A stretch of DNA of 64,000 nucleotides. Source: Podarcis vaucheri (taxonomy: Eukaryota). The notes under the pieces were generated by a model, which saw nothing but the letters and a program-made list of their open reading frames with translations, was not told where the DNA came from and did not search any database. Shown piece after piece: positions 24,935 through 38,470 of the stretch (within the stretch, counting starts at the first letter, position 1; every line of letters begins with the position of its first letter). Made by a program: the position numbers and the translations under genes. The stretch lies in NCBI GenBank assembly GCA_965113315.1, contig OZ220375.1; one strand, written 5' to 3'.

Positions 24935-25344
24935 TAGCTATCCACACTTCTGCACCATAACTCTGCCTCACTGTAACAAACCACACATTCTTTTTTAAAA
25001 TAAATAAATAATAGTTTTACATGTTTCTTGTCAACTTAGAGGCTTTCATATAATCAAGGGGTATGTAAATTTTGTTAAATGAATAAATAAATTCATTTGC
25101 ACAAAATCATAGATAATTTTCAGAGTTATATTTTTGCTTTCTTTGCACTCCAAGGAAGTATTACTGATACTTGTAGATGAACAAATTTTAATTGTCTCAT
25201 CCTTAGGGGGAAAATAAGTAAATAAATAGACTACACTGTTCAGAAATATGGGACACATATTCCCTAAGATGTGTAACATCACATTCTGTCGCCAGACGCT
25301 GTACCGAAACAGATAATAGCCACACAGAATGTTGTGGTTCAAAC

Positions 25345-28300
25345 ATGGGAATCTATCCTGGATGGCTGATATTTTTCAATAAGATCATGTTGGTGGTGCT
25401 GCTGCTGCAGCTGGTGCTGCTGTCTCATATTGTATGCAAAACACATTCTGTTAACTGCAGCATTTTTGATGATCCTCTCCCCATTCCTCATAACTTTTAC
25501 CAACCGGGTGACCTCATCATTGGGGGCATTGTTTCCCAGGTCTTCTTCAACTACAATAATCTCTCTTTTAAGGAAGAGCCAAAACAGATCTTGATTGATG
25601 AAGCAATGTAAGCCATTATTTCTTCCTCTCCTTGTGTAATACATTCAGCTCATAATAACAGAATATGCCGTAATGCTACACTGTGTTCCGTTAATCTCTA
25701 GTGTGATAAAAGTGGCAGTTGAGCCACTTTCCTGTTCCTTCCTTAATCATTTTTTGCCTTACCTTTAGTCAGGAGGTTGTGGACTCTCCTTCCTTGGGGG
25801 TTTCTAAGCAGAGGTTGGGTGGTCATCTGTCATTGATGCTTTAGCTGGGATTCCTTCATTGCAGGGAGTTGGACTAGATGACCCCTGGGGTCCCTTCCAC
25901 TTCTACAGTTCTATGATTCTATGAAACCACTAGAAGGGTTTCTCCACAAGCTCCACAAAATGAATAGATTTCCATTGTGTGTCTGCTAATTAACCACATA
26001 GTGGATTGTGTGTGTGTGTGTGTGTGTTAGTTTTTGCCACTTCTGTTCTTCCCTCACTTTGCTCTCATCTTTTGACTCCATGTCTGTCCCTTCTCATGCA
26101 CTTTCAGAATTTTGGCATTTTAAATCAAGCTTTCAGTATGCTTTAGAAACTCCACTGTTTTTCCTTCTTCCCACTCACCCCTATGCCTGCAGTTTGTATA
26201 GTCAAGTTCTGATTTATTGTTGAAACTTAAAGCTCACTGAAGGGGGATCCTCAATCAAATCTAGCTTTCACATATTGTGAAAGTTAGAGGATGTGTATGC
26301 TGTGGGCATTTGCAAACACTATTGTTCTCAACTGGTTTTCACCAGGGCTCTTTTTCAGCCAGAGCTCACTGGAACTCAGTTCCAGCATCTCTCTGGTGGG
26401 TGCCATTGCCATTATAAGAGGAGTTCTGGCACCTCTTTTTCTAGAAAAAATAGCACTGGTTTTCATGCTTTTAAACTCAAAGGTGCAGAAGTTAAATATC
26501 ATGTGGTTTTAAAAAGAATTTTAGGAATTGGCCTTCAGGCACCATGCATTGTGCTACATTTGTGGGAGAATCCTTAGTCTCTACTTTGCACTTCCCACGT
26601 GTATCATATCTCATTTCATATCCTTATGGCTGTCATTGAAGGACAAGAATGGGAGAGAAATTTAATTCAGTTCACATTTAAAGAGGAACCTAACTAGTTT
26701 GCACTTTCCAAATTAAAAACAATATGTGAACTGAAACATAGATAGTCCTCAAAATTCCTATTTACCTGAATTTTGCAGTGCGGTTCTCCAGTGAAATAAT
26801 ATGTACAAAAGTTCATATAAAGGGGTATGAGTGCATAAAAATGCATATATTAGAGAAAATAACATAAAAAATGTATTATATTAGGGAACATTGATTTGCA
26901 AACATGTAGCAAAATTGCATACTTATCATATGATAAATTTGCACTAAAATGAGGATCAATTTTCATGAGACGCTTTGTAGATTAAAATTGCAAACTATGG
27001 AAAAGTAGAGAATGGAATTTAAGACTGGAAAAATAAGAAGCTTATTCAACCATCCCTACTGAAAAGATTAGGAAAAGGTCCCACATATATCATTCAGAGA
27101 CTGATAAAATACAAAATGTTTTATAGCACTCATGATTTATATTTAGTCATGCTATTTAATTTCAGTCTGCACTGAGCATGACTAATGTTGACTGCAAGCC
27201 AACAAATATTTGCAGTTTGGGCTGACTGTTGTTGCTCTTCATTGGTATATAGGGAAATTTACAAAATTAAGTCCAGAAAACAGTTTTTTAAGCTCCAGAA
27301 TTAATCTGAAAACTCCCCCACCCCATTTTTCATGAAAGGGCTATCTATTCAGGTGCTAATTTTTCTTCAGCCTATTATCTTCTAGGGTTTTAAAGCTACA
27401 CCTTGCTTTTGAAAGTATTCCAATGAATGTCAATGAAGTGCACTAAAACATTTTTGTTATTGCTACTGTGTTTGTTTTATTAAACAGACTGTAACTCTGC
27501 TTACAGTTCAGTGCCTAAGAACTACCAGCACATTCTGGCCTTAGCATTTGCTGTCAAAGAGATAAATGAGAATCCCAACATCTTATCAAATATATCTCTG
27601 GGGTTCCACATCCTCAATAGCTACTTCACTGCAAGGATGACCTACAAAGCCACTCTTAGCCTCTTTTCTACACAACGGAAGTTTGTCCCCAACTTCAGGT
27701 GTCACAACCAGAACAATCTGATAGCTGTCATTGGAGCATGTTTCTCTGAAATCTCTACAAATATAGCTGTCATTTCAGCAAGCAAAAAGACTCCACAGGT
27801 AAGCTGTATTTCTGGGGGTACAGGGATTTCACAATTGTGACAAACCATGTGGAATGCAGGAAAGCACTTTGCAAAGTTGCTCCTGATTTTGGTAACCAGT
27901 TGGTTAGATGCAAACTTGATAATGATACCATTGATGGATTTACAGTTCATTACAAAACAGTACTCAAGGAGTGCTCATCAATTATTTCCCTTCAAATGGA
28001 AGGTGGTGTTGAATAGTATATAGCAGGGCTTGGTGCTTGGTCCAGTACACTTGAAGATTCAGATTTCAGATGTTATAAAACAGAGAGATTAATAACATAT
28101 CAGAAGACAGAAATAAAGTTGAAATCTATATGTAAAGGTGGTATATGTACTGGGTTGTTGCAGTAATGGACTAGATGAGGGCCAGTAAACTGAAGCTTAA
28201 TTCAGACAAGACTGAGATGATGCTACTTGGTGGTTATTCTGTCTGGCTGTGTGGTGTACTGCCTGGTCTAGATGAGATCATACCCATTCTGAAAAAGTGG

Positions 28301-31300
28301 ATCTAAATAAAGGTTGGTTTATGGAAAGTTGAGGTGTTGGATGTTAATAAGGAGTAAAGGTTTTGCATTAGTTTTTAAATCTGGCAGACAGAGAATTGGA
28401 AGTCTTTTTTCTTCTTTCTTTCAGTTTTTATGTTTAAAAAATGATTGACGTTGATTTCTATATATTGTTTTTTCTCCAAGCTTTAATAAAAATAGCTTTT
28501 TTGTTTACAAAGGTAAAACATTATCTTTAGTAGGAAAATCATTTTAATTTTTATTTCAGCTTACAATAAAGTGTTTCTGCTCCTGGGTAGTTATGATGTA
28601 TGGCTGATTGATATGCCGCCCATTCTAGGGGGAGACCACACTCCCTCTGAAAGAATGGGTCCATAGTTTGGTGGTTGTCCTTGATCCATTGTTGTTACTA
28701 AAGGCTCAGTGGCCAAGGTACTGACGGGTGCCTTTGAACAGCTTTGGTTGGTGGTCCAGCTATAAAAAAAAAAACTCCATATGGCTATGGGGAAGCTGGC
28801 TGCTGTTGTAGGCCAGGCACACTAATATGCCTAAGGAAGGAGTGTTGCATTACAATAAGCCCAGGTGACCAGTGTTATGATTCGACAATATAGCTATTTT
28901 CCTCATCTGAAAACAATCCCTTTAATTTTTATTTCAGCTCACTTATGGAACACTTTTGCCATCATGGGATGAGAGAATAATTTCTCCTTTTTTGTCCCAT
29001 ATGGTCCCAAATGAAGCCCACCAGTACATGGGAGCTGTCCGGTTATTTCAGCATTTTGGATGGACATGGGTTGGGCTCTTGGCTGTGGACAATGACAAAG
29101 GGGAACGATTCTTACAGACAATAGTGCCCATGCTTTCTCAGAATGGCATCTGCTATGCCTTCATCATAAGATTGCCTAAATGGAATTATGTAGATGAGTT
29201 GATGCAGTTGCTTGTACAGCGCTGGGAAACTTATGGAATTATTACTGAGGAAAACACCAATGTATTATTTGTATATGGAGAAAATCCATCCTTTCAAGTT
29301 TTGAGAATATTGCTGTTTCTACGACCAGTTATGGAATCGCCTCCTCTGGGGAAAGTATGGATTATTACATCACACTGGGATTTCACATCACTGTCAGTTC
29401 AAAAGACATGGGACATGCAAACTTTCCATGGTTCCATATCCTTCACTGCTCACTCCAATCAGCCACCAGGTTTCCAAAATTTCATTCAGAAGATAGGACC
29501 TTCCTGGGCAAAAGGAGATGGTTTTATCCAGGACTTCTGGGAGCAGGCATTCAGCTGTACATTAAGAATGTATAAGGGGCCAGAAGAGGAGGAAATCTGT
29601 ACTGGAGAAGAAAAACTGGACAACATTACTGGAATTTTGTTTGAAATGAACATGACAGGCCACAGCTATAGCGTCTACAATGCTGTCTATGTTGTGGCAC
29701 ATGCTTTGAATGCCATGTTTGAATCTATCTCCAAACACAGAAGAAAAGTAGACACTAGGAGAATGGTATTTCGGGATGTGCAACTATGGCAGGTAATCCC
29801 CACTAGCACCACCCACATGAGGCTAGGTTTTCATTCATAGATAAAATGAATGCTGATGAAATAAGACTACTACACCAAAATTGCTTTGTTTTGCTTTTTG
29901 TTGTTGTTATTGGCGTTTATACATACATTGTGGATAAGCAGTATGAAACTCATTACAAAACAGTAAAACCCACATATACAATAATGGAAAGAAATGACAT
30001 CTAGATTGATGATGCCTCCACCTATACTTTCAAAGGAAAAAATGTGTATGGGCATCATTTGTGAAGCTCATTGAAATAAATTTAAGACCTAGTTGGCCTT
30101 TTCTTCAAATTCTCTTTGTTTCTAGATCCATCAATTTTTAAGGCACACCATATTCAATAACAGTGTTGGAGAAACTGTGTGCTTTGATGAAAATGGGGAA
30201 CTAGATACTGTTTTAGATGTTACAAATTGGATAATGTTCCACAATGGCTCAGTGGTTAGAGCAAAAGTTGGAAGACTGCAACCTCATGCTCCGGGCAAAG
30301 AGTTAACCATTGATGATGACCAAGTTGTATGGCATCAACACTTTAATCAGGTGAGACATAGTGGCAATTATTTGAATATATCAGAGGGGAAATGCTGTAC
30401 ACCTGTGGTGCCAGCCACGGCAGAACTCAGTGGAGGGAGAAGCCAGCCAACCAGCCAAGTCGTGGGGGGTACTTGCCTGGAGGCAGAGTCCATATACAGT
30501 GGTACCTCTGGTTACATACGCTTCAGGTTACAGACTCCGCTAACCCAGAAATATTACCTCGGGTTAAGAACTTTGCTTCAGGATGAGAACAGAAATTGTG
30601 ATCCAATGGTGCGGCGGCAGCAGGAGGCCCCATTAGCTAAAGTGGTGCTTCAGGTTAAGAACAGTTTCAGGTTAAGAACGGACCTCCGGAACGAATTAAG
30701 TACTTAACCCGAGGTACCACTGTACAAGGTGCAGTCCAGTCCTAAGGACATGAATATCCCAGTTCATGTAGTCAGACGATTTGGGGGGTCAAGAAAGCTG
30801 AGGGTTCAAAGTCACGATAAGCAAGAAGCAGCAAGATCTGGTCAAGAACAATGAATGTTGTTTCCAGCAACTGACTGAGGCTGGAAACCCTGCTTAAGAA
30901 AGCTGGAGCCATCTGGTTCTCATCAGGAGCAAGAAGGCTGATCAGCAGCAGGTGGAGTCACTTTGCTGTCTGCTCCTTCAGGTTGCTGCTCAGCAGGTAA
31001 AGCCGACTCCTGGCCCATGACAGAAAATGTCTATTAACTCTGCTTATCATTCCACCTGATCATCGCATTCTGAATTATGCTTGGTAGTATCCTTGCCAAC
31101 CTTTTTTTAAAAAGCAAGCAGGCAAACCATCAAACAAACACCCTATAGTTCTTTCCCATCTTTCTAAAGAAGCAATAGTGATACTGCATTTGTCTAATTC
31201 ATATGCATTAGTCTGTGGTTCTGAGGGACCTCACAGTTTATTTCTGATTTCATTTTTTTTTCTCTTTTAATAAAGGGATAATTAACGAAATGGCACAAAG

Positions 31301-33599
31301 TCATGACACTTAATTACTGCTTCAAAACCTGCTGCAAGTTAATTGCTATACTTTTTAAAATATTGCATTGCAACCCATCTTTATTCCTTTAAATTATACA
31401 TTTAAAACATTGCATTGCAATCCATCTTTATTCCTGTATGAGGGCAGCAATTCTTTTTCAGTGGATCACTTCTCTTCATAACCAATGTGTTTAATGAAAT
31501 TTAATTATTGTTCTCTAGGGAGAGAACAGCTTTGTGTAGGTTTAGACTAGATGAATTTACTTTATTTTGTATCAAATCATTTATGTAGAAAAGAAACTAT
31601 ATCAGTTTCTGCAATTTAAAGCTTGCCTCATCTTTCAGATGAAATTTCCTTCCAAACTGAAGTTGGGAGAAATTTGCTATCATCTCTAATGTCATAATTT
31701 AATGTCAATACCCACTATTTGAAGTTCTACCATTCCATTAAAAAAAAATTCTTTTTTTGCTAACATCTGTTATGTTTCTATGTAGGTGCTACCCCTTTCT
31801 ATTTGTAATAAGAACTGCTATCCTGGCTTCAATAGGAGAAAGAAGGAGGGAGCGAAATTTTGCTGTTATGATTGTGTTCCGTGTCCAGAAGGGATGTTCT
31901 CTAACCAAAAGGGTAAGAGACATAATTTCCATAAGATAATATTATTAATTTCTAGAAGCCTCATACCTGATTTTGCTCAGGAATTCCAAGTAACAAAAAA
32001 TCAATGCAGTTTTGATAGTTTCAGTCCAATGTCTTACTTCAAAATGGCATCCAACCAGAGACAAAACCCATTTTCTTGATCTCAGGAACCATTATGTTAA
32101 ATGTGGTTATGATATCTTAAAATACACAGCAAAAAACCCAAAAAAACATCCTGCTGAAAATGTAGATTTATTTATTTGGAGAATATGTTTCCAGTTAATG
32201 TATATGAAAGTAGTTTTTAAAAATAATTTTAAAAAATGAATTAGACATTCTGTAAACATTATTTAAAAGGCCACTTGGCAAAAAAAAAAGCAAAAAAACA
32301 AAAAACAAAAAAACAACCTGTAACAGCACAAAAGGGTGTATTCTCACTAGATTATAGAAGTGAATTCTTAAATACAGTGGTACATTGGTTCTTGAACTTA
32401 ATCCATTCCGGAATTCCGTTCAAGTCCCGAAACTGTTCAAAAATGAAGGAGTGGCTCGGAGTTTCCTGCACTCAAGCGGAAGCCATGTCGGATGCTCAGC
32501 TTCCTAAAAACATTCGCAAACCAGAACACTTACTTCTGGGGTTGCAGCGTTTGGGAGCCTATTTGTTCGGCAACTAAGCCGTTCAGGAACCAAGGTTCCA
32601 ATGTATATGTTGGTAAATAAATGGAAATACTTACAACTACTCTAGCTTTTTGTTTCTTTTCTCAGCCATAGTGTATTGAAATATTCTCTTCTTTCAGACA
32701 TGGATAGCTGTGTCAAATGTCCAGAAGACCAGTATCCCAACAAGGACCAAACTGAGTGTATTCCCAAGTTTCTAAGCTACCTCTCTTACAAAGAAGATTT
32801 AGGGATTGCCTTAACTAGCTTGGCTATTTCTCTCTCTTTCATCACAATTTCAGTGCTCTTAATTTTTATTAAGCACAGGGAAACCCCCATAGTCAAGGCC
32901 AACAACCGGACCCTCACCTACATCCTCCTCATCTCTCTCCTCCTTTGCTTCCTCTGCTCTTTTCTGTTCATTGGGAATCCTGGAAGAGTGACCTGCCTTC
33001 TACAACAAACTGCTTTTGGCATTGTTTTCTCCGTGGCTCTTTCCTCTGTGTTGGCAAAGACAATCACTGTAGTTCTGGCATTCATGGCAACCAAACCAGG
33101 GGCCAATATGAGGAAATGGGTGGGGAAAGGTGTAGCAAATTCTATTGTTCTTTGTTGTTCCTTCGCTCAGGCTGGTATTTGCACTCTTTGGTTAAGTACT
33201 TTCCCTCCATTCCCTGATACAGACATGCACTCATTGCATGGAAAAATCATACTGCAGTGTAATGAGAATTCAGCTACCATGTTTTACTGTGTCTTGGGCT
33301 ATATGGGTTCCCTGGCCATAATCAGTTTCATTGTAGCTTTTCTTGCCAGGAAGTTACCTGACAGCTTCAATGAGGCCAAGTTCATCACTTTCAGCATGTT
33401 GGTGTTTTGCAGTGTGTGGTTATCTTTTGTCCCAACCTACCTGAGCACCAAAGGAAAATACATGGTAGCTGTGGAGATTTTCTCCATCTTATCATCCAGT
33501 GCAGGATTACTGGTTGGTATCTTTTTTCCTAAATGTTACATCATTGTGCTGAGGCCAGAGTTGAACAGCAGACAACACATTATAAGGAAAACCAAGTGA
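25345..33599 (+). CDS. V2R gene D, 887 aa; exons 25345-25607, 27507-27798, 28938-29792, 30126-30350, 31786-31912, 32698-33599
   Basis: Lengths 263/292/855/225/127/902 = 2664, in frame. GT-AG junctions. All V2R motifs present. Confidence 0.92.
25770..25924 (+). mobile_element. CR1 LINE 3' end
   Basis: ttggactagatgacc...ggtcccttcc...(ttctatga)2 terminal octamer repeats typical of CR1. Confidence 0.8.
26007..26027. repeat. (GT)n microsatellite
   Basis: Directly visible. Confidence 0.9.
26343..26458. mobile_element. Short hAT-type MITE
   Basis: TIR CAGGGCT...AGCACTG; 8-bp TSD gttttcac/gttttcat. Confidence 0.7.
30393..31022. mobile_element. Old LTR-like insertion hosting a MITE
   Basis: TG...CCATGACA ends (same right end as the LTR at 56281-56690), possible gaaa TSD, GC-richer than the flanks. 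Confidence 0.35.
30497..30722. mobile_element. Tc1/mariner (pogo-like) MITE
   Basis: TIR CAGTGGTACCTC...GAGGTACCACTG with TA on both sides. Confidence 0.85.
32375..32603. mobile_element. Tc1/mariner (pogo-like) MITE, older
   Basis: TA-CAGTGGTACATTGGTTC...GAACCAAGGTTCCAATG-TA. Confidence 0.7.
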
Positions 33600-34215
33600 A
33601 AGTCATGTCTTTATTTTATATTTATATTTAGAGAGAGCGTGCAAGAGCAAAGGAAAATATTTTTGTGAGGGGAACCTAGCACAGTCTTATGTGGTTTTAC
33701 TATTTGATTCACCTTGCATCTGCCTGCATTGTATGCTATCATGAAGGTAAGCTCAGGATATGGTTGAATCTAACAGCTCCTTCCAAGATAAGAGAGGTCC
33801 AATAAACCTCCCTACCTTCCTCTGTGGCTGTTAGGAAACATGGAGGCAATACTAGAAGAGTAGAGTCTTTCCTCACCATGTATCATTGACTTCTTGTCAT
33901 CCCTGACAGAAGAGGTTGGCAAGCTTTATTATACTTTGTATCTCCTTTATTTTAGAAACATAGGGAAATGAAGTGTTAAGGAATACAGTTAATGAGTTAA
34001 TTATCCATGAATCAGCAGAGATTACTCTTTCCCCACAATGCACATGCAGAAAAATTGTGACTCTCTTACCTATGTTTCTATGAGGATTTGGAAAGCAATT
34101 TTGTGTATAAAATGACTTAGTTAAAGAATGCTGTGTGTGTCGTGGTAGGTGGTCGCATGAATTGTTGATGGCTATCTGTGGAAACTGTGGATTCAAATGA
34201 GGAAAAAGTTTGGAA

Positions 34216-34360
34216 ATAATAATATAATAATAATTTATTATTTATACTCGGCCCATCTGGCTCGGTTTCCCCAGCCACTCTGGGCAAATCCCAGCAGAAT
34301 ATTAAAAACACGATAAAACATCAAACCTTAAAAAGTTCCCTAAACAGGGTTGCCTTCAGC
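34216..34360 (-). mobile_element. L2 3' end
   Basis: (aat)n-ttatactcggcccatctggctcggtttccccagccactctggg...aaacagggttgccttcag. Confidence 0.75.
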
Positions 34361-34636
34361 AAGCTCTATCAATTGCAGGACTTTGAACTTCGGACTTGGG
34401 TGTGGACTTTAACACAGCAAAGACTTTGAAGCATAGAATCATCTATGGCCTCAGTGAGAGCAAATTATTTGGACAATCTGTAAATAGTGTGTGTATGCAT
34501 AGTGGTGTATGTTGGTCTTGTAAAGACAACTCTGCTAAATAGTTGTTTTCTGTGGTGAATTTAACCTCTTGCCTGAGTTTCCCTGCTGTATAGACCCAAC
34601 AGAAAGAGAGCCCAAGCAAGCATATTTTATCTTTAA

Positions 34637-34770
34637 AATAATAATAATAATTTATTATTTGTACCCCACCCATCTGGCTGGGTTTCCCCAGCCACTCTGG
34701 GCGGCTTCCATAGAAACCCAAAAACACTAAAATATCATACATTAAAAACTTCCCTGAACAGGGCTGCCTG
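34637..34770 (-). mobile_element. L2 3' end (second copy)
   Basis: Same family tail as 34216-34360. Confidence 0.75.
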
Positions 34771-35184
34771 TGCTACTACAGGCTACTCCCTCTTGGCCAA
34801 CAACGTGAGTTTTTACCATCATGGTTGACAACTGCAAAGAAGTTTGGACCACATTGGAATTCAAATCCCTTTGGATTGCAAAAGATATCAGCCAGTTGCC
34901 AATAACCCCCTTGAGAGAGGGGAGTAGTGGTGAGAACCGTGTGGGCAGCTACAAGCATTTTTGGAGGATGCAGATTATTTAAATCCATTCCAATCTGGGT
35001 TGAGGCCTGGCCATGGTTGCCTTGGTCACTCTGATGGATAGCCTTTGCAGAGAGCAGGACAGGGGAAGTGCAAACTTAGTACTGCTTTTTGGTGTCTCAT
35101 TAGCATTTGTTACCATTGACCATGGGTCCTGGGGTATACAAGCTTGGGTAGTGGAGCTATACACAATACTTACAAAACTCCTTT

Positions 35185-35457
35185 TTTTGTCAAGCATGAT
35201 TCAACTTCAAATGACATCATCCCTCTGGAGAAAGTCTAATCGCAGCTATCTTTCTCAAAATCACTGGTCTCAATTCTCTAAACACAATAGACTTAGAGAC
35301 CTAATTAGCAAGCTCCACAACCAACATCTGAAAAACAGATATAAAACCTTGTGTTTTTGAGAACTGGATCTTAGCATAGGCAGGGCTGTGTCATGTTCTT
35401 TATGATGTGTTCACCTTTTTATGTTCAGGTATGTTTTCCACCAGCTGATTCTGAAAC
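35185..35457 (+). promoter_or_regulatory. Putative proximal promoter/5'UTR shared by V2R genes E, F and G
   Basis: Block conserved at ~51220-51493 and ~61770-62046, with TATA-like GATATAAAAC ~120 nt before the ATG. Conservation may simply reflect recent duplication. Confidence 0.35.
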
Positions 35458-38421
35458 ATGGTTGCCTATGTTGGGAGACAAAGTTTTATCAACAGGATCA
35501 TGCTAGCGGTCATGTTGCTGCTTGCACTGTTGTGTCAAACTGCATCCAAGACACATTCCATTAACTGCAGCATATATGATGATCCTCTCCCTATTCCTCA
35601 TAACTTTTTTAAACCAGGTGATATAATCATTGGGGAGATTGTCTCCCAGGTGTTCTTAAACTACAATAACCTCTCTTTCATGGAACAGCCCATGCAGACA
35701 TTGATTGATGAACCTATGTAAGTCATAATTGCTTTACTCTCTCTCATTCTATGTCCAGGCCACACTAACTGAGAAGATATCATAATGCAACGCTGTGCTG
35801 TAAGAATTTGTTAACTTTATACCATGAGAAAAGGGGAACCTTCAAACTTCCAACTGTAAATCATGGGTGAGGTGGGGGGTAGAAAGTAATTTGAGAATGT
35901 GGCCTACGGCCACCATACAAATAGTCAGTTATCAGCACATGGGAAGAAATGTTGCAAATTAATCAGAGGCAGTGGCAATCACCCTCTTTGTCCCCAAATT
36001 TAGCAGGATTCTTTGCAGGACCTAGATTTGGTTTGGAACAATGTGGAGGGAGCCTGATTTCTCTCGGATAGCTCTTGAAATCTCTAGTAATGATCTGGCC
36101 TCATATGCAGGCTTCATTCAAATGCAACACATACCTCTAATACACATACACCAAGTTAAATTTCCTGAACTCATTAAGTCCCAGTTAGTCTGGTCCATTA
36201 ATTTCAAATGGCCTACTATGATTAATCTTGTATAAAATCAGCATGAATATAAGCACACACAGAGAGACACTTTGGATTGTTGTGGTTGCCAGTGAGGGCA
36301 TGTAATGGAAAGTGGAGAATAGGTGGAGCAATTTGTCAACATCCAGAATGATCCCTGCATTTTTTCAGAATGTGGCTTTTCATGGGAGAAATATCTACTT
36401 CAGATGTCTTTTTTAATTAAAAAAAAATCTATTATCTTCTATGGCCCCTTGTTTTCCCTAACCTTGTAAGGATTAAGATGATGAAGAAGATAGCAGATCC
36501 TTGTTATCATTGCTGCGGTCATTTTGTTGAACAGCTGCAATCCTTATTACAGTTCAGTGCCTAAGAACTACCAGCATATTCTGGCTTTAGCATTTGCTGC
36601 CAAAGAGATCAATGAGAACCCCACAATCTTGGCAAACATCTCTCTTGGCTTCCACATCCTCAATAGCTACTTCAATGCAAGGATGACCTACAAGGCCACT
36701 CTGAGCCTCCTTTCCATACAACAAAGGTTTGTCCCCAACTTCAGCTGTCACAACCAGAACAATATGATATCAGTCATTGGAGAATGTTTCTCTGAGATCT
36801 CTGCTAACATTGCAGTGATTTTGGCAAGCAAAAAGATTCCTCAGGTATGTTTAGTGCATGAAAGTATGGAGATTACACAATTGTGATATACCACACTGAT
36901 TTCAGGAACACATTACATAAAGTTCTTTTTGATGATTTAGCGAGAAAACTGGTTAAATACTTGATGGTGATACCAGCAAGTGGATTAACACTTTATTATA
37001 ACAGGATACTAAAGGAGTAATTATCAAGTTCTCCTCTTAAATGAAATGAAGTATTGAGTCGTGTGGTGCAGGGTTCTGTCTTTCACCAAAACGACTTCAA
37101 TATTTTCTTCAATTACTTACATAATGAGCTGGAAGGAATCCCAATGTCATCCACTTGGTTAGAATTGTGAATACTTCAGATGGCAAGAAAACAATTGACA
37201 TTTTGCTGGTGAAGTGTGCTGAATTGTGATCTGGTTGCAATAATAGACTTGATAAGGGCAAAAAAAGAAAAGATTAATTCAGACAAGAATGTGTTTCTGC
37301 TACTAGGTGGCATGTGGTATGACTAATTGATATGCAGGCCACTCTTAAAGAGACACCACTCTCCCTCTGAAAGAGTGGGCCCATAGTTTGGTGCTCATCC
37401 TTGATCAGGATTCAGGCCTCGCCATGGGACTGAAACTGCCTTGGTTGCACTGGTCGATGATCTCCTGCAGCTAGGGACAAAGATGGAAGCTGTTTCCTAG
37501 TTCTGCTGGATCTCTCAGCGGCCTTTGACACCATCAACAATAACATCCTTCTGGAGGGGCTGGGAACTGGGGGCACTGTTATACAGTGGTTCCGCTCCTT
37601 TCTCCTGGGCTGTGTCCAGACAGTGGTGTTGGGGGATGAGTGTTCAGACCCCTGGGCTCTCACTTGTGGGGTGCCTCAGGGTTCCATCCTCTCCCCCATG
37701 CTTCTTAATATCTATATGAAGCCACTGGGAGAGATCATCAGGGGGTTTGGGCTGAGTGTTCATCAGTATGCAGATGATACCAAGCTCTACCTCTCTTTTA
37801 AATCAGAACCAGTAAAGGTGGAGAAGGTCCTGTGTGGTGGTTGGCGGATGGATGGCAGCTAACAGATTGAGGTTCAATCCTGACAAGACAGAAGTAATGT
37901 TTTGGGGGGACAGGAGGAGGGCAGGTGGGGGGACTCCCTAGTCCTGAATGGGGTAACTGTGCCCCTGAAGGATCATGTGTGAAGCCTGGGAGTCATTTTG
38001 GACTCACAGCTGTCCATGGAGGCACAAGTCAATTCTCTGTAACTAATCCAGAATGTGGCAGGTAGACTGGTGACTGGCAGTGGCCAACGAGACCGTCTAA
38101 CACCGGTCCTGAAAGACCTACATTTGCTCCCCGTACGTTTCCAAGCACAATTAAAAGTATTGTTGCTGACCTTTGAAGGGAGGCTACAGGGAACCAGGCA
38201 AAGGGGGTTCTCAGTAGTGGTGCCCACCCTGTGGAATGCCCTCCCATCAAGGAAATAACTATCAGGCTTTTGGTAGACATCTGAAGGCAGCCCTGTTAGG
38301 AAGTTTTTAATGTTTGAAGTTTTATTCTATTTTTTGAAGTTTTTATTCTGTTTTTAATGTTCTATTGAAAGACACCCAAAGAAGCTGGGGAAACTCAGCC
38401 AGATGGGTAGGGTAGAAGTAA

Positions 38422-38470
<49 letters not shown>
